A stretch of 64,000 nucleotides of DNA from Dehalococcoidia bacterium (GCA_963555985.3 OY820591.1:256001-320000), one strand, 5' to 3'. Positions 1 to 8,879 are shown, numbered from the stretch's first letter. The notes: generated from the sequence alone by a model not told the origin. Numbers and translations are program-made.

Positions 1-417
1 CGCAGCCTCAACCTCGTCGCCTCCAGCGGACACGAACTCCACCACTTGGGCCTCGATCACTACATCCGAGAGCTCGGCGACGCTGCGCATCAAGTCCACG
101 CCTGGATGCATCTCGGAGCCTCAATCGGCTCCCGCAACGGAATCCCCAGCTACGCCGCCTCCGACGACGAGTTGTTCGCGGTCGCCACCGACGCCCTCAA
201 CGCCCAAGGCCTGAATCGCCGAGCCTTCCCCGTCGGCAACGCCGGCTTCGGAGAGGCCCGCAACATCGGCGAGATCAACGGCCGCTTCGTCTCCTTCCTC
301 GGAGGCCACCCTTACTTCCACAGCCCCCAAGACACCTACGACCGCTGCGTCGATCCAGACTCCCTGGCCAAACACACCGACGCCGTGGAGCGGATTGTCC
401 GGTACATGCTGAAGTAG
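1..417 (+). CDS. C-terminal part of a putative M28-like Zn peptidase/hydrolase (5'-truncated by the window edge)
   Basis: Frame 1 is open from base 1; SGHE motif near the start and YFHSPQDT motif near the C-terminus, both typical of the M28 fold. Confidence 0.5.
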   Translation, partial: RSLNLVASSGHELHHLGLDHYIRELGDAAHQVHAWMHLGASIGSRNGIPSYAASDDELFAVATDALNAQGLNRRAFPVGNAGFGEARNIGEINGRFVSFLGGHPYFHSPQDTYDRCVDPDSLAKHTDAVERIVRYMLK

Positions 418-425
418 GCCCAGAG

Positions 426-1637
426 TCACGCGACGCCCGCACGACGCAATCGTGCCAACTCCGGCGCGCCAACACCAACCTCCAACAGCGCCTCCGCCGT
501 CTGCTCCCCGAGCAGTGGGGGCGGACGCCGAATCGACCACGGACTCGCGCTCAACTGATACGGCGCACCGGGCAACCGGAGACCGTCGGGAAACTCCGGG
601 TGCTCAAGCTCGGCCCAGAAGCTTCGCGCCGCTAGCTGCTCCGACTCTGCGACTTCGCCGATCGTATGCACTGGCTGGAACGAGATGTGGTTCTCTCCGA
701 ACAGCTCCATCAGCTCCGCTTTGCTGCGCTCCGCCATCCAGGGATGCCAGAGGGCGTCCAGGTCGTCGGCGTGCTGGAAGGCGAGCCAGCGGTTCTGGAG
801 CCGCTCGTCGTGCTGCCAATCGGGATCGCCCATCAGCTCTATGAACCGATTCCACTGACGGTCGACCATTGTGATCACTTCGTAGTAGCCGTCTTTAACC
901 GGCGTCACCTGCCAGGGATAGAAGGCGTTCATGTGCGTGCCCGCGCGCCCGCGCGACTGACCGGTGAACACATACGCGGCGACCCCTGAACCGGCCATCA
1001 CGTTGCTGATGATGTCGACGATGCTGACCCAACTGTGCTGGCCCGCACCGTCGGCGCGCGTCGCCCGGCGGCTCAGCAGCGCCGCGATCGCTCCGTGAAT
1101 CCCGCCCTGGTACTGAGGCGCGTCGTAGGGCAGTCCCAGCGGGGCGCGGTCGGGATCTCCGATCCGGTAAGAGATGCCGGAGGCGAGAGAGGCGTTCAGC
1201 GACTCTCCCTGCCAGTCCTCACGCTGCGTGCCGATCCCGAAGACGGTGATGCTGACCTGGTTGAAGGCGGGATCGCCTTTGGCAAGGTCTTCCCATGTCA
1301 GCTTCAGCCGCCGCTGCCCGGCGATCGCGCGTGAGCTGATGACCGTGCCGGCGCTGCGGGCGAGCTTCCGATAGAGGCGGCGTCCGGCGGCGGATTCGAG
1401 ATTGAGCCTGACCGATCGTTTGTTGGTGTCCAGGAAGAGATGCAACCCGGAGCGTTCGCGCTGGGGCGCGTCGCCGGGGAAAGGCGCATGGCGACGGACG
1501 GAATCGCCGCTCGGGGGTTCGACCTTGATCACATCCGCGCCAAGGTCGGCGAGCAACTTGCCCGCGTAGGCGGCGGCGATCCCGCCGCCCTCTTCGAGCA
1601 CACGGAATCCATTGAGTGCGCCAACTGAGTCAGCCAT
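426..1637 (-). CDS. CaiB/BaiF family (class III) CoA transferase
   Basis: LADLGADVIKVEPPSGD, NKRSVRLNL and C-terminal PPLLGEQT motifs. Confidence 0.92.
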   Translation of the reverse strand: MADSVGALNGFRVLEEGGGIAAAYAGKLLADLGADVIKVEPPSGDSVRRHAPFPGDAPQRERSGLHLFLDTNKRSVRLNLESAAGRRLYRKLARSAGTVISSRAIAGQRRLKLTWEDLAKGDPAFNQVSITVFGIGTQREDWQGESLNASLASGISYRIGDPDRAPLGLPYDAPQYQGGIHGAIAALLSRRATRADGAGQHSWVSIVDIISNVMAGSGVAAYVFTGQSRGRAGTHMNAFYPWQVTPVKDGYYEVITMVDRQWNRFIELMGDPDWQHDERLQNRWLAFQHADDLDALWHPWMAERSKAELMELFGENHISFQPVHTIGEVAESEQLAARSFWAELEHPEFPDGLRLPGAPYQLSASPWSIRRPPPLLGEQTAEALLEVGVGAPELARLRRAGVA

Positions 1638-1697
1638 GCGCAGCAGGCTACCCTCTGCCTAGGTTCTGGGCGCGGGAGAATCTGATCGGAGCGGATC

Positions 1698-2519
1698 ATG
1701 GACGAGTTGAGCGGCAAGGTGGCGCTGGTGACCGGCGCCGGATCGGGCATCGGCCGAGGGATTGCTCTCGCGTGCGCCGAAGAGGGCATGCACGTCGTGC
1801 TCGCCGATGTCCAGCCGGGGACGGCTGAGGCCGTCGCGGTCGAGGTCGAGGCGAAAGAGGTACAGGCGCTCGCCGTCGACCTCGACATCACCGACACGGT
1901 CGGCTACGAGTGGCTGGCCGAGCGCGTCTACGAAGAGTTCGGCGAGGTCAACCTGCTGGTCAACAACGCCGGCGTCTTGACCGCCGGCCCTCTCACCGAC
2001 GCCACCCAGGCCGACTGGGACTGGACCTTCGGCGTCAACCTCTACGGCATCATCAACGGCGTGCAGACCTTCCTCCCGCGAATGCGCGCGCAGGACGGCG
2101 AGGCGCACATCGTCAATACGGTCTCGATGGCCGGGCTGCGACTCAACGAGGTCATCCCGCTCGGCGTCTACAGCGCCAGTAAGCACGCCGCCTTCGCCTA
2201 CTCGGAATCGCTGCGCGACGAGCTAGCCGCCGAGGGTATCGGCGTCTCGGCGCTCTGCCCCGGCGGCGTTGACACCCTGATCGGCGAAGCCGCGCGCAAC
2301 CGTCCCGGCCAGTACGGAGGCCCCAGCGAAGGAGCCGCGCGCGGCTTCAGCCCCGGAGCGATGTCGCAACAGATGAACCCTGAAGACGTGGGCCGGATCG
2401 TGATCAGAGGCGTCAAGGCCAACCGCTGGCTGATCTTCTCCCATCCCGAACTGCGCGCCCACGTTGAGCGGCGCTACCAGCGGATCATGGACGACTTTGA
2501 CTTCTTCGCCAACCAGTAA
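1698..2519 (+). CDS. Short-chain dehydrogenase/reductase (SDR)
   Basis: TGAGSGIG, NNAG and YSASK motifs. Confidence 0.95.
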   Translation: MDELSGKVALVTGAGSGIGRGIALACAEEGMHVVLADVQPGTAEAVAVEVEAKEVQALAVDLDITDTVGYEWLAERVYEEFGEVNLLVNNAGVLTAGPLTDATQADWDWTFGVNLYGIINGVQTFLPRMRAQDGEAHIVNTVSMAGLRLNEVIPLGVYSASKHAAFAYSESLRDELAAEGIGVSALCPGGVDTLIGEAARNRPGQYGGPSEGAARGFSPGAMSQQMNPEDVGRIVIRGVKANRWLIFSHPELRAHVERRYQRIMDDFDFFANQ

Positions 2520-2520
2520 T

Positions 2521-2586
2521 CCGTCATTCCCGCGAAGCCTGCCCCCGCGGAGGCGGGGAGCGGGAATCTCGCCCCAGGGATGACGG
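2521..2586. repeat. CGTC-tagged palindromic repeat with a nested CAGGCT-tailed hairpin
   Basis: CCGTCATTCCCGCGA[AGCCTGCCCCCGCGGAGGCGGGG]AGCGGGAATCTCG directly after the SDR stop codon. Confidence 0.8.
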
Positions 2587-2628
2587 ACTAGATGAGGCTT
2601 CGAGCAGAACCGAAACGAGGAGAATCAG

Positions 2629-3579
2629 ATGAGCACCGAACACACTTCCGCCAGCGATGTCCTGCCCGATCCCGAGACCGTCGAAGTCTCCGACGGCATC
2701 TTCGCCTACATCCAGCACGACGGCTCCTGGTGTCTGAACAACCCCGCCTTTGTCGATGTCGGCGACCAGGTGATCGCGATCGACGCCTGCGCCAATGAGC
2801 GCCGCACCCGCCTCTTCCGGGAAGCGATCGCCGAGGTCTCCAGCAATCCCGTCCGCACCCTGGTCAACACGCATTCGCACATGGATCACACCTACGGCAA
2901 CTGCCTCTTCGCAGACGATGCAGTGATCATCGGACATCGAAATTGCCGCAACGACATCCTGCGCGACGCACCCAATCAGCGCGAGCGCGTCTCGGTCATG
3001 TTCCCCACCGTTGAGTGGGGCGACGTGACGCCGGTCGCGCCGAACGTCGTCTTCGACGACACGATGACCTTGTACGCCGGAGACCTCGAGCTGCAACTGA
3101 TCTACGTCTCGCCGGCCCATACCAACACCGACGCCGTGGTTTGGATTCCCGAGCGCCGGGTGCTGATCGCGGGAGACATCATCTTCAACCAGGGCACGCC
3201 GTTCGCGCTGATGGGTTCGGTCGCCGGTTGGCGGTCGGCGCTGGATCGCCTGAAGGAGTTGCCGATCGAGACCGTCATCGCTGGTCACGGTCCGGTCGCG
3301 GACGCATCCGTGCTCGACGAAGTGGACGCCTATCTGGAATTCGTCCAGCAATCGGCCAAGTCCGCCTTCGACGCAGAGATCGACCCGCTCGAAGCTGCCC
3401 GCGACCTCGACCTCGGACGCTTCGGCGAGTGGACCGATGAAGAGCGAATCGTCGGCAACCTCCACCGCGCCTACAGCGAACTCCGAGGCGAGGAGTGGGG
3501 AGCCGAGATCGATATGGCCACCGCCTTCGGCCAGATGCTCGAATTCAACGGCGGTCAGCCGCTGCGCTGTTTGGCGTAG
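2629..3579 (+). CDS. MBL-fold metallo-hydrolase (cyclase-like)
   Basis: THSHMDHTYGN, PAHT, AGD and GHG motifs. Confidence 0.9.
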   Translation: MSTEHTSASDVLPDPETVEVSDGIFAYIQHDGSWCLNNPAFVDVGDQVIAIDACANERRTRLFREAIAEVSSNPVRTLVNTHSHMDHTYGNCLFADDAVIIGHRNCRNDILRDAPNQRERVSVMFPTVEWGDVTPVAPNVVFDDTMTLYAGDLELQLIYVSPAHTNTDAVVWIPERRVLIAGDIIFNQGTPFALMGSVAGWRSALDRLKELPIETVIAGHGPVADASVLDEVDAYLEFVQQSAKSAFDAEIDPLEAARDLDLGRFGEWTDEERIVGNLHRAYSELRGEEWGAEIDMATAFGQMLEFNGGQPLRCLA

Positions 3580-3631
3580 CGGGCGGCCACCCAGTTTCCG
3601 CTTCACGGAGACCTTTGCGTAAATCAAGGCC

Positions 3632-3916
3632 CGTCATACCCGCGCTTGTCGCGGGTATCTCGCCGTGACCTGCACCGTCGTCGCCGGCACGGCGAGATTG
3701 CGCCCGGTTCAGGCTAGGGGCAGGCTGCAGCGGAGCGCGGCAATGACGGAGAACATCAACTTTCGCAACCGTCTCCGCAAGCGAGAATCCACGTCGCACT
3801 CGAGACGCTGCGTGGATTCCCGCGTTCGGAGGGCTTTGCAAGATTCCCGATCTGAGCGTTTCGTCACTCTTGCGAACGCGAGAATCCACGTCGCACTCGA
3901 TACGCCGCATGGATTT
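3632..3916. repeat. Mosaic of CGTC-tagged (dRS3-like) palindromic repeats upstream of IS30
   Basis: 3632-3750 is closely similar to 52079-52173; 3828-3915 is similar to 6181-6268; GCGAGAATCCACGTCGCACTCGA is directly repeated at 3781 and 3878. Confidence 0.85.
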
Positions 3917-4956
3917 CCTAGTCTCACAGACGAAGTGCGACAGATGATTGAGGTGAGCCCATGGGCGCGCAGTACACGCAGTTGGACCTGGCGGAGCGAT
4001 GCGCGGTTGCCCGCTTACAGGCCGAGGGGCGCTCGATCCGGCAGATCGCTGCAGCTCTGGATCGCTCGCCATCGACGATTGCTCGAGAGCTGAAACGCAA
4101 CACGGCGCGCGACGGCTACCGTCCCGACTACGCCCAGCAACAGGCCCAGGCGCGGCGCTGGCGCGGTTCGCGGCTGGAACGCGACGATCAGCTGCGCGCG
4201 CGGGTGCTGCGCGAGTTGGCCCGCGGGCTCTCGCCGCAACAGGTCGCAGGCCGGCTGGCGCGCGAGGCGGGCGCGCCGGTGATCTCGCACGAGAGCATCT
4301 ATCGCTTCATCTACGCCCAAGCCTCGCGGGCCAAGCCCGGCCGCGGCGGCGGTTGGCGCCAGTATCTGCCGCGGCGCAAGGCGAAACGCGGTTGGCGCGG
4401 GCGCAAAGGCGGCAGTTCGGTCGAGCGCATCCAACTGCGGCGGCCCCTGAGCGAGCGCCCGGCGGCGGCCGCCGGGCGGCTCGAAGCCGGTCACTGGGAG
4501 GCCGACCTGATGCTCTTCGGGCGCGGCGGTCCGCTCCTGCTGATGCTGCACGAGCGCTCCTCGCGGCTGCTCGTGGGCTTGCCCGTGGCGGGCAAGGCGG
4601 CCGCTCCGGTCGCGCGCCTGCTGCTCAGCCTGCTCCGCGCCTGGCCGCCCGCCCTGCGGCGCACGGTCGCGTTCGACAACGGGACCGAGTTCGCCCGCCA
4701 CTACGAACTGCACCGGCTGGGCGTGGAGACCTTCTTCTGCGACCCCTACGCGCCCTGGCAGAAGGGCGGGATCGAGAATGCGATCGGACGCCTGCGCCGG
4801 GTCCTGCCGCGCCGGCTCGACCTCGCCCAACTCAGCCTCGCGCGTTTGATCGAAGTGCTGCAGTTGTACAACAACACCCCCCGCCAGTGCCTCGACTACC
4901 TCTCCCCGGCCGAAGTCTTCGGTCGGCAGTTGTTGCAGTTGCAATGTGAACCCACC
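3917..4956 (+). mobile_element. IS30-family insertion sequence
   Basis: Imperfect 26-bp terminal IRs (3917-3942 CCTAGTCTCACAGACGAAGTGCGACA; 4931-4956 reverse complement GGTGGGTTCACATTGCAACTGCAACA), TT on both flanks, enclosing an IS30 transposase. Confidence 0.8.
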
Positions 4957-4977
4957 TTCCCGCCTACGCGGGAATGA
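3961..4977 (+). CDS. IS30 family transposase
   Basis: N-terminal HTH (SIRQIAAALDRSPSTIARELKRN), ISHESIYRFIY, DDE motifs WEADL / FDNGTEF / PWQKGGIEN. Confidence 0.96.
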   Translation: MGAQYTQLDLAERCAVARLQAEGRSIRQIAAALDRSPSTIARELKRNTARDGYRPDYAQQQAQARRWRGSRLERDDQLRARVLRELARGLSPQQVAGRLAREAGAPVISHESIYRFIYAQASRAKPGRGGGWRQYLPRRKAKRGWRGRKGGSSVERIQLRRPLSERPAAAAGRLEAGHWEADLMLFGRGGPLLLMLHERSSRLLVGLPVAGKAAAPVARLLLSLLRAWPPALRRTVAFDNGTEFARHYELHRLGVETFFCDPYAPWQKGGIENAIGRLRRVLPRRLDLAQLSLARLIEVLQLYNNTPRQCLDYLSPAEVFGRQLLQLQCEPTFPPTRE

Positions 4978-5129
4978 CGGAAATGGAGATTTTGCAAAGG
5001 CCTCCCTGCGCGGGGACAGGCTCTCAAGGGGGAGGTTTGACTGAGAGGATGAGACATGGTGTAGCAGAGAGCGCTGCGGCGTTTTCACCCCCTCTGTCAC
5101 TGCGTGACATCTCCCCCTCAAGGGGGAGA
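4957..5129. repeat. Palindromic repeat mosaic (dRS3-like hairpin, nested CAGGCT hairpin, CCCCCTCTG...GGGGGAGA double hairpin)
   Basis: TTCCCGCCTACGCGGGAATGACGG at 4957; CCCTGCGCGGGGACAGGCT near 5004; CCCCCTCTGTCACTGCGTGACATCTCCCCCTCAAGGGGGAGA at 5088-5129. Confidence 0.85.
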
Positions 5130-5153
5130 TCGATCACGGAGAGGAGATGGGAG

Positions 5154-6005
5154 TTAGCCGGCGGCTGCGGTCTGGATTTGGATGGGTTCCTCGTTGGGGC
5201 TGGTGAATTGGTCGAGGAATGCGAGGATGCGCTCCTCCGACTGGCCTTGGAGCTGGGGGAAGCGGTCGACGACTTCGCTGAGCAGAGCGTCGTGTGCAGG
5301 CGGCTCGGGGAGTTGGACGGAGTTGGAAGGAATTTTTTCCTCGGGGGCCGGAATTTCGACGATCTCCCGCTCTGCGCTGGAGATCGCGGGTTCGGGCTGT
5401 AAGGCTGTGGAAACCTCGGGGGTATTGGCCGGGGTTGGCGTCTCTTCAGCGTGGAGGTTGGGTTGGGCGGGTTGGGGAGATTCCGGAAGAATTTTTTCCT
5501 CCGAGGCCGGAATTTCGACGATCTCCCGCTCTGCACTGGAGGTCGTCGATTCGGGCTGTAAGGCTGTGGAAGGTTGGGGGGCGTCGGCCGTGGTCGGCGC
5601 TTCCTCGGTTTCGAGGCCGGGTTGGTCGGGGCGCTGCTCGGCGCGGCGGTGAACCTCGCCGACGGTGCGCCGGATCTCGCGCACGAGCGCGGTCAGTTGG
5701 GCGTCCTGAGCGTCGCGGGCGCGGAGGTATTCGACCGGGGTGAGGTGGTCGGCGAGGCGGGTGACTTCGTCGCCGCGCGTGGCGAGGGCGAGCCGGAACT
5801 GGAGCAGTTGCAGGGATTCGAGCAGGAGATCGTCGGCCGCGGGGGCGGCGATGCTGCTCCAGTGGGATTCGAGCAGTTGGAGGTCGTCGCGGACGGTGGT
5901 GTGGGAGAGGCCGAGTTGTTCGTCGATCTTGCGCAGGGAGTGGCCGCGCTGTTGGAGGTAGTGGACGCGGAGCGCGCGGCGGCGGCGGGCGGGGTGGATC
6001 TGCAT
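5154..6005 (-). CDS. Orphan HTH-domain protein with a duplicated low-complexity segment
   Basis: N-terminal HTH (HSLRKIDEQLGLSHTTVRDDL); RBS AGAAAGGA; STALQPE...SSAEREIVEIPA..EEKI repeated with a 159-nt period. Confidence 0.7.
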   Translation of the reverse strand: MQIHPARRRRALRVHYLQQRGHSLRKIDEQLGLSHTTVRDDLQLLESHWSSIAAPAADDLLLESLQLLQFRLALATRGDEVTRLADHLTPVEYLRARDAQDAQLTALVREIRRTVGEVHRRAEQRPDQPGLETEEAPTTADAPQPSTALQPESTTSSAEREIVEIPASEEKILPESPQPAQPNLHAEETPTPANTPEVSTALQPEPAISSAEREIVEIPAPEEKIPSNSVQLPEPPAHDALLSEVVDRFPQLQGQSEERILAFLDQFTSPNEEPIQIQTAAAG

Positions 6006-6024
6006 GGGCAGTCCTTTCTGAGTG

Positions 6025-6063
6025 ATACGGGTGTTCTGTGATGACTATAGTGAATTGGTGTTC
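6025..6063 (-). promoter_or_regulatory. Two LexA-like (GAAC-N4-GTTC) boxes flanking a TATAGT -10 element
   Basis: ATAC-GGGT-GTTC at 6025-6036 and GAAT-TGGT-GTTC at 6052-6063; the minus strand reads TATAGT between them. Confidence 0.5.
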
Positions 6064-6097
6064 GGGGTTGTGTGTCGTGGTTTATGGAGGGGGGAGG

Positions 6098-6417
6098 GAA
6101 CGGATCACGCGATGCGGGTTGGCGGTACGACCAAATGTGGAGATGGCTTCGGACTTGGGTGCTTCGAGATTCCTGCCTACGGAGGCCTTTGCAAGATTCC
6201 CGAGCTGAGCGTTTCGTCATTCTTGCGAACGCGAGAATCTGCATCCCACTCGATACGCCGCATGGATTCCCGCGTTCGCGGGAATGACGGAAATGGGAGT
6301 TTTGCAAAGGTCTTCCTACGCAGGAATGACGGAGATGGGAGTTTTGCAAAGGTCTTCCTACGCAGGAATGACGGAGATGGGGGTTTTGCAAAGGCCTCCC
6401 TACGCAGGAATGACGGA
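6098..6417. repeat. Composite repeat element ending in a 42-bp tandem array
   Basis: 6098-6180 is homologous to ~54503-54585; unit GGAATGACGGARATGGGRGTTTTGCAAAGGYCTYCCTACGCA starts at 6281, 6323 and 6365, with a partial copy at 6407. Confidence 0.85.
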
Positions 6418-6424
6418 ATAGGGC

Positions 6425-7519
6425 TTAGACCGGGATCTTCTCCACCGGTACCGGCATCGGAATCCCCGCCCAGCGGCGTAGATCCTCGCTCAGACGATCC
6501 CGCCGATCCGTCAGATGGCAATGGTCGAGGTAGCCGAGGTAGGTCTCGACCTGACGCTGGCGCAGCGCAGCCACATCCAGCATCGCCTCTTCCGCCTGCT
6601 CGCGGCCCTCTCCCATCAGCACGGCGAGGGCGGAGTAGAGCGTGTCGTCGCGGTCCTTGGCCAGGTACCACTCGGCCTTGTTCAGGTAGCGGTGGATTTC
6701 CTCGCGCCGGATCGGTTCCCTGAGCAGGAGGTAGCGCATGTGGTCGACGAAGTACCTGAGGTGGCGCTCGATGTCTTTGGCGCAGAGCCGGTAGATTTGG
6801 CGTTCGGCCTCGTTCTGGGCGAGGTTCTCGCCTTCTTCGAGCAGCGCGATCAACATCGCGTCGTGCATGATCGAGGCGACCGTGAACTCCGAGAAGGTGT
6901 ACGACTGTGTGAGCGGGAGGAACTTCCAGTTGCGTCCGCCGCGTCCGAGTCCGCCGCCGTTGGAGAGCGCGCGCTTGCGCCAGACCTCGTAGAGCCGCGC
7001 CGCGTCAAACACCACCGTGCCCAGGAACAGCTTGACTTCGATGTAGCCGTAGGAGATCTCCTGGAGCCAGCGCCCCGTCGTCTGCGCCTTGGTCCAGGCG
7101 TACTCGGACATCAGCGTTGCGATCTGGCAGATCGCCCGCTCGATGTCCGAACTCAGCGGTTGCATTGAGGCCCAGTCGATATCGGCCGACGAGTTCCAGC
7201 GGTCGGCGATGGCGTCCTCGTACAGCTCGGCGCAGAGGTCGGACCAGACCTCCGACTTCTCGAAGATCGAGTAGCCCATCTGTTCGGTGCGGGTGTCGGG
7301 GATGGCGCCGCGCGGAATCTCGGTGTTGTTGTCCCAGTGTTCGGGCACCTCGCCGTAGATATCGACATTGAGCAGCCCGAAGCGCAGGCCGCCCGTCTCC
7401 GGCTTCGCCTGGTCCTTGGCCTTGACGCCCCAATGGACCGGAACGTCGAGCCAGTCCGAGGGCAGACCGGACTGCTCCAGCCGAGCTTTGGCGGTGGCGA
7501 CGACTTCGTTGTCGGGCAT
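6425..7519 (-). CDS. Ferritin-like domain protein with degenerate diiron ligands
   Basis: Paralogous to the upstream gene (LYEDAIADRW, KRALSNGGGL, AQNEAERQIY), but the ExxH motifs are replaced by DAARL and DIERH. Confidence 0.8.
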   Translation of the reverse strand: MPDNEVVATAKARLEQSGLPSDWLDVPVHWGVKAKDQAKPETGGLRFGLLNVDIYGEVPEHWDNNTEIPRGAIPDTRTEQMGYSIFEKSEVWSDLCAELYEDAIADRWNSSADIDWASMQPLSSDIERAICQIATLMSEYAWTKAQTTGRWLQEISYGYIEVKLFLGTVVFDAARLYEVWRKRALSNGGGLGRGGRNWKFLPLTQSYTFSEFTVASIMHDAMLIALLEEGENLAQNEAERQIYRLCAKDIERHLRYFVDHMRYLLLREPIRREEIHRYLNKAEWYLAKDRDDTLYSALAVLMGEGREQAEEAMLDVAALRQRQVETYLGYLDHCHLTDRRDRLSEDLRRWAGIPMPVPVEKIPV

Positions 7520-7540
7520 GGTGGTCCTCCGCAGACAGCA

Positions 7541-7567
7541 AGCGGCGCGGGTCGAACCCGCGCCGCT
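7541..7567. other. GC-rich 12-bp-stem hairpin between the two ferritin-like genes
   Basis: AGCGGCGCGGGT-CGA-ACCCGCGCCGCT with no long U-tract. Confidence 0.6.
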
Positions 7568-7588
7568 GTTCGTTTGAAGTTGCTTGTC

Positions 7589-8656
7589 CTAGTTCTCGTC
7601 GAGGGCGCCTAACAGGGCCGGATGCAGGCGTCCGCTTTCGAGCCGGCCGCCGAGTCCGGCCACATCAAGCCGGTGCAGGTACTCGAGTACCTGCTTGCGG
7701 CGCACGTGCCAGAACAGACGCCAACCCTCGTCGACGTCGCCGTCGCCGAGCAGGTAGACCAACGCGCCGGCGAGGCCGGGGTTGGCCTGGTCGGGGTCGA
7801 CGATCGTGTTCTCGAACATGTCGAGCGTCCAGTGGACTTCCTCGGCCTTGTCCGGCTCGTTCTCCAGCGTGTACTTGAGGTGGGTAACGCCGAAGGCGAC
7901 GTGGCGCGACTCGTCCTGCGCGGCCAGGCGGAAGATCCGCTTCTCGGCTTCGTTGTGCGCGATCAGCTCGCCCAGGCGGAAGAGCGACTGGACGAAGCCC
8001 TCGCCGAGGATGTGCAGCATCGAGGACATCTGGGTGAAGTCCTCGGCTTCGAGGATCTGGCGCAGGCCGCCGCCGCCGCCCTGGAGCAGCAGGCCGCCGC
8101 CGTTGGCGAGGGCGCGCTTGCGGAAGACGTCGGTGTGGCGGGCTTCGTCCATCACCTGCGACATCAGGAAGAGGCCGGACTCGAAGTGGTCGGCGGCGAT
8201 CCGCGGCAGCCACTTGCCGGGCACATCGCCGGCGATGAACTCGACCTCGGTCAGCGAGGTGCAGAGCTGCGCCATCGCGCGCTCGATGTCCTCCGGCAGC
8301 TCTTCGAGCGTGTCCCAGGGGATGTCGGTGGCCGAAGACCACTGACGCGAGACAGCCTCGTCGTAGAGCAGCGCGGCCGAGTCGGAGAAGGTCTCGGTGG
8401 CGTCGCTCAGGACCCAGGGCGACATGCGTGGCGTCACGCCATCCGGCGCCGCCGCCCCGCGCGGACGAGCGGAGCTGTCGTCGGTGGAGGCCGGGATCTC
8501 GCCATAGAGCGTCTTGTTGATCTGTTGGAGCGTCAGCCCCTTGCGGCCGGGTTCGGCGTTCACTCCCCATTCGGTGTCGAGGTTGAGCCAGGAGAGGTCA
8601 AGCTCCGGAACCTCAGGTTCGAGTTGCAGTTCGTCAAGTCGGTCGGCGGTAACCAT
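7589..8656 (-). CDS. Ferritin-like diiron-carboxylate protein
   Basis: Full ligand set: TEVE ... DEARH ... GEGF ... DESRH. Confidence 0.85.
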   Translation of the reverse strand: MVTADRLDELQLEPEVPELDLSWLNLDTEWGVNAEPGRKGLTLQQINKTLYGEIPASTDDSSARPRGAAAPDGVTPRMSPWVLSDATETFSDSAALLYDEAVSRQWSSATDIPWDTLEELPEDIERAMAQLCTSLTEVEFIAGDVPGKWLPRIAADHFESGLFLMSQVMDEARHTDVFRKRALANGGGLLLQGGGGGLRQILEAEDFTQMSSMLHILGEGFVQSLFRLGELIAHNEAEKRIFRLAAQDESRHVAFGVTHLKYTLENEPDKAEEVHWTLDMFENTIVDPDQANPGLAGALVYLLGDGDVDEGWRLFWHVRRKQVLEYLHRLDVAGLGGRLESGRLHPALLGALDEN

Positions 8657-8879
8657 GCTGTCCTCCAGAGATGCCCAGGGGGCACCGTCAGCGCGATCTG
8701 TATCGGGCGCAAGCTAGCGGTTTGGGAGCTGGAGCGCAAGCTGCGACCTGCCGACCATCGCTCTCCTGCATTACGGAGGGAAGAACGGGATCGGGTCAAT
8801 GCGACAGTCTCTCTCGGAGAGAGGCGCTAGACTGCCGGATCAAGGTTGCCCGCTCACCGGGCTGGCCGAGGAGACAGGC

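Noticed and set aside
3665-4093. Small ORFs made of PSFPRTRES/SPSRGR-type peptides (also 6022-6723, 42078-42809, 52020-52462)
   Set aside because: They are translations of intergenic palindromic repeats, not independent genes.
6281-6417. Possible CRISPR array
   Set aside because: The 42-bp units are near-identical end to end with no unique spacers, and no cas genes are present; it is a tandem expansion of a REP-like module.
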